Assembly: GCA_001643675.2 (NCBI GenBank)
Contig: LSRY02000006.1
Location: 1,116,001-1,180,000, forward strand
Direction: 5' to 3'
DNA: 64,000 bases
Source of the DNA: Monocercomonoides exilis PA203
Taxonomy: Eukaryota; Protista; Preaxostyla
Shown: positions 50,001 to 62,557 of the stretch, one piece after another
Layout of the letters: every line of letters starts with the position of its first letter
Numbering within the stretch: position 1 is the first letter of the stretch
The notes under the pieces: model-generated
Told to the model about the DNA's origin: nothing
The model's database searches: none
What the model saw: only the letters and a program-made list of their open reading frames with translations
Program-made: the position numbers and the translations under genes

Positions 50001-53000
50001 GTGGTTCCTTGTGTCCATCCCGTAGATGGCATTCAACCGCGCGTATGCCGTTTCTCGCAAATCAAAACAAAACTGCGTTTCGTTGATCTGGTTCTCGATG
50101 TCAACACACTCAACAAAGACGTCATTCCCCACTTTCGCGCTGTTTCCTTTGAATGTCATCTTCTCAAACAGAAACGAGAGTGCTCCCTCAAAATTGGCAT
50201 ATATGTAAATCCCTCCTCCTTTTCCGTTGTCGTTGCTGCATCCACACTGAATCACCGACGACTTGCTCATCCACAGAGCTCCTTCACTATGAAGCTCCTC
50301 AAAAACACCGCCACCCTTCTCCGATTCAACTGCCTTGCACGAATCAAATGTGCACCCGCTGATTGATAGAGCAGCGGCACACCCAGACGAACTGATAATC
50401 GCAGGCCCGTTGCCATTCCGAGTGATCAGCTGGAAAGTCGAGTCTTTGATTGCAACAGCGCATTCAGCTGCATTCTCCATTCCATTTCCACTTGGAACTA
50501 TTTTCACAAAGCTTTCATCACAAAATGTGCACCCCGAAGCCACAACTTGCTGCATCACGCAATCGCATCTCTTGCTGATTGCAAACACACCCACCTCCGA
50601 CATCACATTCTCAACCGCCAGCTTCGTAACATTCAACACTCCGCTTTCCATCAGCAAAAGCCCAACCTTCGCTGGAAAGTCTCCGCCTGCCTCTGTCGCA
50701 AATGAACAATCGCTCATCCCAATCACCCCACTTTTCCCAACAATCGAAAACAGCTGCTCGTTCCAAAATCCTTTAGACAGCACAACAGAAATCCTGTTCA
50801 GCTGCAAAGCATCCTCGCTGCGTATCCCTGGGTCGGTTCCATCGGCTGTCTTGTTTGCAAATATCAGCTTTCCTCGATTTTCCTCCTCTGTCTCTTCACG
50901 CTCAATAATAAAGTTTGAGAGCACAAACGAATCCTGCACAATCGTCTCATCGACTATTTTTATCCACGTCTGCGGAGCATCTCGCTCTATCTGCCTCATC
51001 CCTTTCCACATGCTCCTGCACGGATCCTCTTCGCTTCCGCACCTCATAATATCGTATCCACCTGAACTCACAAATATTGTTTGGCTCACGTATGTCTCCA
51101 AGAAACGGAGCAACCCCGTGTCTTCCCAGACCAAATCCCTTCCACAAAACAGCAGCTCGTCTTCTCTCCCTTTCGTGAAGTCAAAACAGAATGACGATAG
51201 CGTCACACTTTTGTTCAGATCCCCCGCAGAGATGAATATGTTTTTCCCTGCCCGCGCCTTGTGTCCAGCAAAAGAAATGCCTTCGCCAAAAACAAAGGAT
51301 TGTCTGTTGACGCACCTTGGCATTCAACAAAAATAAACCCGCCTCTTCCACATTCTTCAGAGCAGCCGCACCCAACTGTTTCTGTTTGCCCCATCGAAAA
51401 CGTCGCTTCACCCACCAGCTCCGCATAAACTGCTCCCCCTTTCTCGCTTGGCCTTGCAGATATCGATGAAAAATTGCATCCGATTATTTCACACGAAGAA
51501 TTCAGCTGAACAGGAGTTGATAAGAAAGACAGCGAACAGAAATCGCAATCCAGCAATTGAACATCGCCTCCTTCAGAACGAATAATGCAGAACTCCAAGT
51601 CTGATCCACTGTTTTGGTTGAAGGTGCATCCATTGAGCGAAAGGAAAGAATTGGCCGATGAAGAGTGGAGAAGGACGCCTTCGTTGTTTGAGAAAGAGGA
51701 TGGAAGCGAAAGCTGAACCAATTCCAACTTCAATTCTTTCGAGTTCTGAATAATCGGTTTTTTCTCTTCGCTTGCTTCCATGCCATTTTCAAACAGCATC
51801 ACACACTTCTCATCTACCTTGCTCGATACAACTTCGAACGATGAGAGGTCATAATGATTTTTGATATTTGCTCTTGTGTCAATTCGTATCGCTCGATTCT
51901 GCGCATCTAAGTCGATGTTTTCATATCCTCTCCAGAACGACAGGCAAGGGAATTCCGCGCTTCCACACCCAAGAATGTCCATTCCGCCCCTTGATACAAG
52001 AATCGAACTCTCCTTCCTTTGAACCAAGAACACCAGGAGATCAATAACTGATCCACTCAACAAAACATCATCTGTGCCTTTCAGATCAGCAACGCTTTCG
52101 TTTCTCTCGTTCTGAAGCTGAAATGCAAACCTTTCTCTCACAACAGATGCATTCACATCTGTGCTCAAAACAAACATGTCTTTCCCCTCAACTGCTAAAT
52201 TATCTGCAAACGTTATGTCTGTCAGTTTCATATTCACCAGAGGATTCTCTGAAATCTCCAGATACAGCCCGCCTCCTCTTCCGCGATCCTCGCTTGCTGA
52301 GCACAACCTGATGCTTGTCCCGTTCATCTCAACATCGCTTTCTCCTTCAACTGAAATAACCCCGCACCCACCGTCCCCTCCTTCATTCCTGCAACCCATC
52401 ATGCTCGTCCCATTCTTCCACTTCAGCCTCTTCACTTTCTTCAGCACAGCAAAGCTGCCATCCCCAAATGAGCACTTTGTGCTTCTCAATTCATTCACCA
52501 AAACCTCCATTCCGCCTTCTCCAACAACCATTCCTTTTCCGCTTGATCGGATGTTGCTCGCTTCCACACAGTCAAAACTGCACCCAACCTCGCCGCTCAA
52601 AAAGATTCCGCAATCAGAATTAAAAACCATGTTCTTTATAACCACTCCATCAAATGAGAGCTTTCCGCCTCTCCCTGTTATTATCCGCATGCTTGTCTCT
52701 GCACATGCTTCCGGATCGCCGCTCCCGAATGTGCACTCCACAAAATACGTTGTCCCCACACTGACTTCCACCAGTTCCCCAAACTCTGATATTCCCGGCA
52801 GCTCAAATCCAATCTTCGAAATCGTCAGTGTCGTGAGTGCAGCGCCAACCGCCATCTTCAAGTGCCCCTCTTTCCCCACAATCAGCCGGCTTCCATCCTC
52901 CCCTTTCCCTTCAATCGTCGTCGGCTCATTTCCCCTCTCGATCGCTCCCCGCAATTCACAAGAAGAAATAATCTGTAGAATGCGCTTCTCCTCGGTCATT

Positions 53001-56000
53001 TTCCCCGAAGCATACCAAAGCTCCTCGCAAGGATAATCGTCAGTGCCGCACCCGTCTGTGTGCCCATTGACCGTGTTCACATATATTATTTCCTCTGCTC
53101 TCGGAAACAGATACTTCAGAAGCGTGTCTGTTCCATCCGGAAATGTTGGATCAATCACCCACATCGTTTTCTCCTCCTGGCCTTCTGTGGCCGACCCTGC
53201 CCATTTATTTCTGTCAATCATCATCCGCGGCGCGGGGCACACAAGATACACATCGTATCCCAGCATCGCATCGTTGCTCAGGAATTTGTTGTTTTTCATC
53301 GAGTATCCAACCTCGCTGCTCAAAAACTCCATGTGCAGCCCTCCCCCCAGCCCGTCTGCTTTCTTCACTTTGCTCTCTTCAACTGTGTTGTTGTTGAACA
53401 GCAGCTCCCCATCGGCTGACACAGTTGCAACGACGCTTCCTCCTTTCGACCCACTCCCCAGGCAGCTGATAAAAGTGAACCAGCAAAAACTCACACTCAA
53501 GCTCTTCCCGGCTCCAGCACTTCCCTGAATTACCCCTCCGTTTCCTTCCTTTCTCGTCAAAAGTGTGAAGTTGCTCTTTTCAACCATTGCGCTCGCCAAT
53601 TCCTCAACGAACAAGACCCCCTGATTCCCAAACTGTGTCGGCCCTGACACTTTCGAGTTTTTCATTTCAACATGGCTCTTCGACTTCGCACAAACAAGCC
53701 CTTCGATTGACCCTGTCTTCAGGTTGTTCCATTCCACATCCTCTAGAGTGCATCGGCTGCTTGCCCCGCTTATCTCAACCACAAGCGCTCCCACCAGTTC
53801 TATTTCGTTCAGCACCCCCCTCAGAATATGGAGAGCACCACCTCTCACAATCACATACCCAAAGTCGATCTTCTTCGATTGCGCGTTCACCGAGCAATCA
53901 ACCAGCGAAAGGGCGGAGCCGCTGCACAGAAGCAGACACTTTCTTTCGGCTGCTGCGAATGTTGTCGAAACATTGAATGTTATTCCACTGAATGAGATAG
54001 CGTTGCTTGTCTCGATGAGTCCCTCGCCTTCTCCTGTTCCATCAGACACCACATTTATCAGCGTTCCGTTTGCCTCTGCTTCAATGTCCATCTCTTGAGA
54101 CCTCAGAACAATTGGCTTCGCAAAACAGAAATGCTCCATGAGCCTCAAATCCGCCTTCAAACCCCCAAATCGGATCAAGCCACCATACTCCAGCGTCCCA
54201 CACGGATAATCTGAAAACCCGCAGCCTGTGTAGTCAAGCCCGTTCTCCTCTGCTCCCCCAATAAAGCAAGGCTCCACAAATCCTCGGAAATACAGCACAA
54301 GCGGAATCTCGAATTCTCGATTTGCTGTGCTTCTCTCAAACCCCATCATGTCTTCCGCCAACATGGCTTCTGCTTTGAAGCACTGCAGCCAATCGCCGGC
54401 AATCTGCCTCAGGTCTTCTCCATCAACAAACAGCTGCTTTCCTTTCCATGCACTGCAGCCGCTGAAACTGACATTATCGAGGGCGAGGCTCCAGACCCTT
54501 TCGTTCAAAAAAAGATACATCCCACCCCCCAATCCTTTCCCTCCATTTTCGCTATCTCCTGAAGGCACACCACAATTCTCAAAACTTGTGCTTTTAATGT
54601 TGACCGCATTTCCGCTCCCAACCTTCCCCATGACCCCCCCGCCTCTGTTTCCATTCCCTTCTTCACACATGCCACTGAACTTGCATCTTTGGATGCATAT
54701 GCTTTTCCCATCCCCATTCGCCTCGTTAATGAATAAGCACCCTCCATCTCCATTTATCATCCTCGTTCCACTCACGCTGCTGTTCTCAACCTTTATGGAA
54801 TTGTAATTCCAGATCCAAACTGGCGAATTCGCGAGCATTGCACCCACTTCCATTTTGAATCCACTCATCACCACATCTCCCCCTGTCCACAAAGACAGCA
54901 GCAAAGGAAACAGGTTCGTTCACATTTTCTGAAGAATATTCCAGGCAACAGTTGGCAATGAAAAGCGACAACGAAGAGAAGAGAAAGGCTTTTCTTGCTG
55001 CTGCAAACAGCCTCGGCACACTCAGCGACAGATTTGTGAGAAAAACAGGAGAGTGGCACATCACCAGCCCATCCTGTGCTGTTCCCCCTGCATCTTGAAC
55101 TGAGACAGGCGCAAGCGCTTCAGAATAGACATTCGCAGGTGCAGAGGAGATCGCAATTTCCTGCTTTATTGCCGACCCGGAGACAACCTTGATGCTGTTC
55201 AACCAGCTGCTTATCCGATTTTCAATGCAATAATCAATCGTCATGCAAGCAAAAGAAGGAAACCCACAATGCGTGTGATCAGCCCCAATGTCGCCGTCTG
55301 CAATTATTTCTGCCTGGAGACTGCAAAGATACACATGCAGAGGTATCACCGCAGAGCCACTTCCATTCTCGCTCCCGCTCAAAGCCAAAGCGTCTGATGG
55401 CAATTCCGACGAATCAAAAAACCCAAAAGAAGTCGTGTTGATCATTTGCGAAAGCAAAATCCCACTCTCGCACCCAACAAACACATCCTTCCCATATTCC
55501 GCCCTGTTCTCCTTCACCTTCGAAAATACAACTGCATTCATTATTCCAAACCAAGAAGAAGCATCGTCACAGCGAATGCTTATCCCTCCCCCCTTTCCAC
55601 CCCATCCTTCTTCACTCTGCGCGCTGCATTCCTCAAACCAAGTCGACCCATTCACAACCAGATCGTCATTTCCTCCCAGCCACGCACTCATCCCTCCTCC
55701 TTCCCCTCCTTCCCCTCCTCCATCCCCACAAGCACAGCAGCCACTGAAGCTGCATCCATCAATTGCTATCTTTCTGCTTTGGCTGCTTCCAACCCCATTC
55801 TTCTTCCCAATCGAAATGCATCCTCCGCTCCCACTCATCCTCTTGATGCTGTTCATCGTGCATCCTGCGCAGTTTAGCATCCCAGATCCAGACAGGCTGA
55901 TCAGCGAAGCAGTTCCAAACGCAATCGGCGACAATGTGGAAAATCGGCTCAAAAGCAGGCTCCCTCCATTTATCTTTATGAACCCAAAGCCAAATGCAAC

Positions 56001-58981
56001 ATTTCCACTCGATGAGCATTTCAGCGAGCAGTCAGCCATCGACAGCTCCTCAGACTGGCACAGCAGGAAACAAGAATGCTCCCCAAGCTGCGCAGATGCT
56101 GAAAAAGTCAAGTTCGCAATGAGCGATGCAATCTCAACTGTCACCATTCCTTCAGACCGGCTGCCACTCCCACTCCACACTTTTATTTCTCGCCCTCTTG
56201 TGAGGCTTTTCACCTCCCACCCATAACCATCAAAGAGCAGATATTCTGTCCATTCATAGCCTCCATTCAACGAGATGAATCTCTTGCCGCTGGGAAATCG
56301 AAGTCCTGCTGCATATCCAATGCTTCCGCATGGATAGTTGGCTGTGCCGCAACCTGTGAAATCTCTGTTTTTCGCTCCCCCAACAACCACTGCTCCAGAA
56401 AAGGTCTGAAGATATGCAAGAAGAGGAACAGGCTCCGTCCTGCACTGCTCTTCAAACCCCATCAGATCGTCGTCAACCATCCCTGCTTGTGTGAACCCGA
56501 ATGCGCCCCTCGTTATTGACGAGCTCAACGAAACCGCATCAACAAATATGTTGTTCCCCTTCCAGGCTTCGCATCCGCCGAACGCAGCATCGCGTATCCC
56601 AAAACTCGATGAACTTCCTGCTAGTTTCAGATGCATTCCTCCTCCTTTTCCCTCGCTGAACATGTCCTGCGGCACTGTGCATCCCTCCATTTCAATTCTT
56701 TTTGTGGAGCCAAGTGTCAGTCTCCCCCTGCTTCCACAATGCAATTCAAACATCCTCCATTCCCTTTGCTGCACACACACCTTTCAAACAACACCCCGTC
56801 CAATTTCAGCTCGTCCCCACTCCCCAAGTCCATATCAAAAACTGTTCCGCTTCCTTCTTTTCGCGTGACGTCCCTGAAAGTCGCATTCTCCAAATTGAAG
56901 CAGTCCAGCGTCGACGACTCCATCCTGAGAGCTGACACGTCAGAAAATACCATCGACTCAACAGCTGTGCTCGACACATTCAAGAGTCCTGCTGATATCG
57001 ATGCAAATGCCGTGGTGAATGGAGAAGCTTGCGATGGCTCAGCGGTTATTTTGCACGACCAGAGCACAAGCTCTCCTGTTGCAGAAGAAATCCAGAACAA
57101 TGGCAGAGAAGTCGATGTGGAAGAGTTCCTGACGACGACCAATCCTGCAAGGAACGCATATCCAGTTGATATTTGGAAAAGAGCTTTTGTATTCGAAAAA
57201 TTGGCACTCAACTTTGTCCCAAAGTCCCTTGATCCTTTAAATGAAAGAAATTTCGAGTCTATTGTAAGTGATCGTTCCACGTATGAACCTGTTGCTATAT
57301 TTATGTACACTGGAGTGCCTTTGCTCGCTACAACGGCAATCTCAACAGAGTTGAATATCGTCAAGCATGGAAACTTTGCCCATCCGCATCCCAAAGTGTC
57401 CGTCCCATCGACGTCTGCATAAATGTTACCAAGCTTTCCAATCCAACTGCTTTTATCCCCTTTCTCTGCAAAAACTAGACGATTGGCTTCCAAGTGCTTA
57501 TTTGTACAACAGAGAACAAATTGACTCTCATTCAATACATTCTGCCATGGATTTGCTGCATAAATATCTTTTCCGTTTCCAAGCGCATCGCACCCAAAAA
57601 ACAAGCAATAAGAAAGTGAACTGTAATGTGTCAAAGAAACATTTCTTGAGTCAAAACATATTGCTCCTCCAACAGATGCATTGGCACAACAATTTTCAAA
57701 TGCAACATTTGAATATGATATTTTAGCTCCTTCCCCATTCCAAATAGCACCGCCTCCATTGCATTCATAAAAGCTATTTATCATATTACAATTCCCAAAT
57801 AAGCAATCTAAAAGAATATCCACATCTGAAAACCCATTATGAAAGTGACAACAACCTCCTCCCCAACTTGATTGGCAAGATGTCATGTTGTTATTTCTGA
57901 TCGTTAAAGGACCTGTTCCCTCGCAAAGGTCCAAGCATGATCCGTAATTAGTTGTTGATATTAAACAAAAACTGTTGTTTATCGATTGCATTTCGCAGCT
58001 TTGCCTTTCAAAGATACATCTTTCAACTGACGAATTCTGAAAATCTGTATTTTTAACAATGCAAATGCCAGAAGAAGAATGGACAATAATTGTACCTAAA
58101 GATTGCTCGTATATGCAGTTGTCAACGCACGTGTCATCTGTTCCTGCGTGATTAATCTTCAAACCAATTGTTTTGGAGCATCTCAAAAATGTCGAGTTCA
58201 AAAGATTTAGAGAGCCATCTGACACTTTTGGAACAATGCAGCCTTCGGTCGGGTTGGTCACAGATGAAACAATGCAGGACGACAGCGCGAATGACGCGCA
58301 ATATTTGCCAAATGTGCTTCTCTCGGGACGTTGCTGCGATATATTCTGGAAGGTGCTGGATTGGACTGAGACCCAGTGAAAAGTCGATGATTGGACAAGC
58401 GGCTTTGAATTGCTCAACAAAAAAGACGAAAAAGCTGAGCCCTCGACCTCAACCCTGCTTTGGCAACCTTGAAGTGCACCTGCCTGATGAACAGAAACCA
58501 ACGACGGAAGAAGGCAATTCGATCGAGTTGGAATCAAAGACAAATTGAAAAAGCAAATGAATCCGCCGCACGAGTGAACAAATGCATCAACTGAAGGTGC
58601 TGGCGATGAAAGCAGGCAGCCTCCTGCAAAACACGTTGATTGCCCCAATAGCCGCACAATTGCATTTCCCCCTGCTGAAGTGAATCGAATGTTCAAGCAA
58701 CTTATCGACGAATTATCAGCTGAAACACAGGACGCAATAAAAGTGTGGCATAGTCGCCCCGCAATGTCCTTCTCGGCCGGTGGAGTCCTCGCGTCGCTTT
58801 CTGTCTCCTTTCCACACAAAAACTGGCTTTTTTCAATTTTCCAAAGTTCATTTGAGCCTGGCGCTAAAATCTCGCTTTCCTTGTGCACTTCACGCAAATC
58901 AACATTGTGCATGCTTGCAAACACGTAGCATTGGGCCCTTCCAACAAAAAAAGACAAAAACAAAAGAAATAAAATCTTCAT
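47005..58981 (-). CDS. Right copy of the giant membrane receptor/pseudokinase (4 apparent 1-nt frameshifts)
   Basis: Mirror of 22323-34298. Frameshifts at ~56725, ~54880, ~51295 and ~48552 are intact in the left copy. Confidence 0.85.
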
Positions 58982-59436
58982 TTTAATCCGATTTATATTA
59001 ATATGGGCGATTTTTGCAAACTCAATCATCCACAAATTCAAAATGATTTCTTCCATTTATCGTTGTGGTTCTCTTTATTCAACATTTTGTTCAACATCCT
59101 TTTTGAAAAACTGAAGTTAAAAAAATAATTTGTTCGATTCGAAAAACATAAGGATTAGGTTTTATTAACAAAAGTGTTTTGAATACTATTTTTTCGTAAT
59201 AAAAACAATCTCTGGATGTTTATTTAAGGTAACAAATTCATTATACGAAAATAACGAGATCAAGCTCATATGGGACAGATTTTTTGAATTTAAGAAAAAA
59301 TCTATGATTTGTTCCAAATTATTTCTGAAATCGTAGAATTATGATTCTGACATTAAAGTGATATTTTGGTATATTCACATAGAAAGGGGCAAAAAAATTT
59401 CACAGAAAAAAAAAATAAAAAATACAGAAATAAAGA

Positions 59437-59516
59437 GCTTTGGCAAAATCGAACCCCCGACCTTTGACCAACGGAACATAAATGGTTTAGGTTGCTACCA
59501 CTTACGCTACTCGAGC
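59437..59516 (-). pseudogene. tRNA-derived / Pol III type-2 promoter-like sequence
   Basis: Minus strand reads GCTCGAG-TAGCGTAAGTGG (A box)...GGTCGGGGGTTCGATT (B box), followed by T-runs. The cloverleaf stems do not pair well. Confidence 0.5.
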
Positions 59517-59560
59517 AAAAGCCCTGTTTAACTTTCTTATGACTCAACTTAAACCTGGCC

Positions 59561-59721
59561 AAACCCTAACCCAAAAAACCCAAAAAAGATCAAGTTTTTT
59601 TGAGTGCTAACCCTAAAAAGAAGAGCGGGAACATAACCCTAAACCAAAGATCTGTTACGCTAACCCTAAAACCTAAACCAAGCAATTAATACAGTGATTA
59701 TTTTGGTATTTTAACCCTAAA
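59561..59721 (+). repeat. Dispersed telomere-like (T/A)AACCCTAA motifs
   Basis: AACCCTAA occurs five times (~59562, 59609, 59635, 59662, 59713), with related AACCCAAA/AACCTAAA motifs. Confidence 0.65.
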
Positions 59722-60934
59722 AGTTAAAAAATACTGGGTCAGATCAAAGCTGCCCCGTTCTCTGTGAATATGCCGATATTTTGAATGTAGAAAAATAAAA
59801 ATTCGAGAAAAATCTTTGAAATGACTGTGTGGAACAAAATTCATAAAGCAAAAAATATTATCCAATATCGACCTGCTATTGCATGCGATGGATAATGAAC
59901 AAAAAAAAGCGCAATAAAATATGTGCACATAAATATGTGATTATTAACGAATGTAATTATAAGGAATGTGATTATATATGGTTTTAACTGTATTTCTGAC
60001 TATTTAAAGAATTTTCACGGGGAAGAGTTTGTGTCTTTGAGAAAAAAATTTTCAAAAAAAAGTTTTTTTTTGCTATTTGGGACTAAATTTTTCACTTCAG
60101 GCATTTTCATTAAAAAATTATGCGCTTTTCACCGAATTTTTTCGATCAAAAAACACACTTAAAATGAGTCCATTTTTGACCATTCGTGAAATGTCACAAA
60201 ACATTTTGTTATTTCATCAATTATGCCTCTAATGGATATTAAAACCAAATTTATTTTATAATCTGAGAAAGAAAAATAAAGTTAAGAGTGAAGCAATTTT
60301 ACATTGCCTTGTGCAAAAAATGCTTGAAAGTCCGTATTTTCCCCCATTTTTCATTGAAAGTTATTCTTTTTCATGAAAAAAAGAAATGCTCATAAATATT
60401 TTAATTATTGACAAATTTCTGAGTTATTATTTTTGAAAAGTCGAAGACATTTTATTTCCATGTTAATTGAAATTTGGCAGTTTATTTTGATTTATTGCAA
60501 CATAACAATCAATTGTTTCCCTCAGAAAAATATGAATTATTAGAAACTTTCAGTTTTCACAAATTTGTGTTCCGAAAAAATGAGATTGATTCATTGCTTA
60601 TAATAATGAAATTTTGATAAATATCGATGAACAAGAAGACTGAACATCTGTGACATATCGAAAAGAATAACACATATGAGGGAAAAACGCGAAGGAAAAA
60701 ATACTTGGAAAAATAACCTCACATATTCCGAATAAGAAAGTTTTTTTTTTTTTTTTTTTTTTTTAATTAATAAGAAATTGTTCTGATTATTTTCGAAACC
60801 CCTTTTTTTTAATCAATAATTTCGGTTTAAGAATTTTCTTTGAATATAGTTAAATCAACACTGTTCAGTTATAATTATTTTCTAAGATTATTTCTTCATG
60901 ATTATTTTCTCAAACATTGCTTATGCAAACAATT

Positions 60935-61141
60935 GGCTGATCCTTTTTGAAATCATACTTTCGTTCGAGTTTTGATCAAAAATTTAATCTCAATGGGATT
61001 TGTATCAAAATTTGTTTTTCCAATCGCAATATCATAAACAATAAGTGTTCTCTATTTCAACTCATTTTTTTCAAAAATCCCATTGAGAAAGAAATTTTGA
61101 TCAAAACTGGAACGAAAGTATGATTTCAAAAAGGATCAGCC
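60935..61141. mobile_element. 207-bp foldback MITE, GG-terminal family, AATT target duplication
   Basis: AATT|GGCTGATCCTTTTTGAAATCATACTTTCGTTC ... GAACGAAAGTATGATTTCAAAAAGGATCAGCC|AATT. Confidence 0.85.
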
Positions 61142-61441
61142 AATTGTCTAGATTGTTTTCTTTTGAATGAATCATTCCGTTTCAAATAAATGAAACCTTT
61201 AAAGAATTAACAATTCAAAAAAAGTGATGATTTCGAAAATTATTACTCAAATAATACTGATAAATAACCTAATTATATAAATAATCTTTGCAAATTCATG
61301 TCACATCGAAACTTTCATTTTATATCAACTGAATATTAAAGTTTAAAAAAAAATGGAATAATCAGAAATAATCGAACTTAATTTAATCTTTGATTTTACC
61401 AATATTTTTTTTCTTCAAACAAATGAAGCAGAAATGAAAGT

Positions 61442-62103
61442 GGGTGATTATTCTTGAAATCATATTTTTTTTCGTGGTGTTGATTTTTCAAAGATTGAAT
61501 TGTTTTTGAAAGAAATTGTTATATAAAAGAAAAAAAGCATGATAATTGTTTAATAAATTAAGTATTCTAACTGAATCAAAGATAAAAATGTTTTCAATTA
61601 ACTTTTTTTCTTTTCATTTTGTTTATTGATATATAGTTTGTGTTAATAATGGTGGACACTTTCAATAACTGTGGACAGTGGTATTATCTCAACAATCGTT
61701 GACTGTTGCATTTCGATAATAAACTCAACTATTCCCTCAATGAATATGAACTTATATGATTAGTTTTTATCACCCAACCAACACAATGAAATTAAACAAA
61801 TATTATTTTTGATTTTCGGAGAAACTCGGAGAATCTTATTTCTCCGAGTTTCTCCGAAAATCAAAAATGTCTCTAACTTTATTCTTGGGAGCAAGTTGTT
61901 TCATTTTTGAATGACTTATTAGTTTGTGTTCAATGAGGGAATAATTGGGTTAATTATCGAAATGCAACTGTCAACGATTGTTGAGATAATACCACTGTCC
62001 ACAGTTATTGAAAGTGTCCACCATTATTAACACTAACTGCAAAAGACAATTTTATGAACCGAAAATTATGAATGAAATATTATGATTTCAGAAATAATCA
62101 CCC
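61442..62103. mobile_element. GG-terminal MITE (AAGT target duplication) interrupted by a ~406-bp foldback insertion
   Basis: AAGT|GGGTGATTATTCTTGAAATCAT ... ATGATTTCAGAAATAATCACCC|AAGT. Internal sequence aligns with 37592-37847 on both sides of the insert (662-406=256). Confidence 0.85.
61634..62039. mobile_element. Tc1/pogo-type foldback MITE nested in the GG-terminal MITE
   Basis: TAGTTTGTGTTAATAATGGTGGACACTTTCAATAACTGTGGACAGTGG ... CCACTGTCCACAGTTATTGAAAGTGTCCACCATTATTAACACTAACTG, with a central hairpin TTCGGAGAAACTCGGAGAA...TTCTCCGAGTTTCTCCGAA. Confidence 0.8.
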
Positions 62104-62557
62104 AAGTGTTAAAAGTCACTTGTATTAATTATTTGATGATAAATAAAGATTGAAATTATTGACTTTTTCAATGAATTGTTGCAGAGATAACGATCTTTTT
62201 GTAAATAATTTGCGTTTTTTGAGTTTTTTTTTTCAATCTTCAAAAGAAGTTTGAAATATGTAATGAGTTCCTGAAAAAGAAAAAAACCATTTGACAAAAA
62301 CCACAATTTATCTAAGAAAATAGACATAATTAAATGAGAAAGATTAATTGAGCTGAATAGAAATAATTAAAAAAAATATTTTTTTGCAGTTTCAATTCGA
62401 AACTCATTAACAACCATTCAGCTCGATTTTTCCGCTGTATTTTTTTGTTTTTTTAATAGTTTTTCCATAAAATAGAAATAATTTTTGAAATGAAGATCCT
62501 TTCTTTTTGATCAAACACGTATATTATTACATTTAGTGAAAAAGATTGAAGTTATTA

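Larger units (their letters stand above)
41887..59109 (-). repeat. Right arm of giant inverted repeat (~17.2 kb)
   Basis: Reverse complement of 22195-39415. Differences I saw are 1-nt homopolymer indels and one substitution. Confidence 0.97.
59272..59875. mobile_element. Old imperfect foldback element containing a tRNA-like segment and telomere-like motifs; ends approximate
   Basis: 59345-59391 (TTCTGACATT...GGTATATTCACATAGAAAGGGGCA) is an imperfect reverse complement of 59750-59792. TATGATTTGTTCCA pairs with TGGAACAAAATTCATA. Confidence 0.5.

Noticed and set aside
27950-56730. Phase variation or programmed frameshifting in the receptor genes
   Set aside because: The runs are only 3-6 nt and the indels differ between otherwise identical copies, which is the typical long-read error pattern.
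59437-59516. Functional tRNA gene
   Set aside because: A and B boxes are present, but the acceptor, D and T stems pair poorly and no clear anticodon arm is visible.
59600-59680. Telomerase RNA template (CTAACCCTAA)
   Set aside because: The motif is repeated several times inside a foldback repeat, and no supporting structure can be shown.
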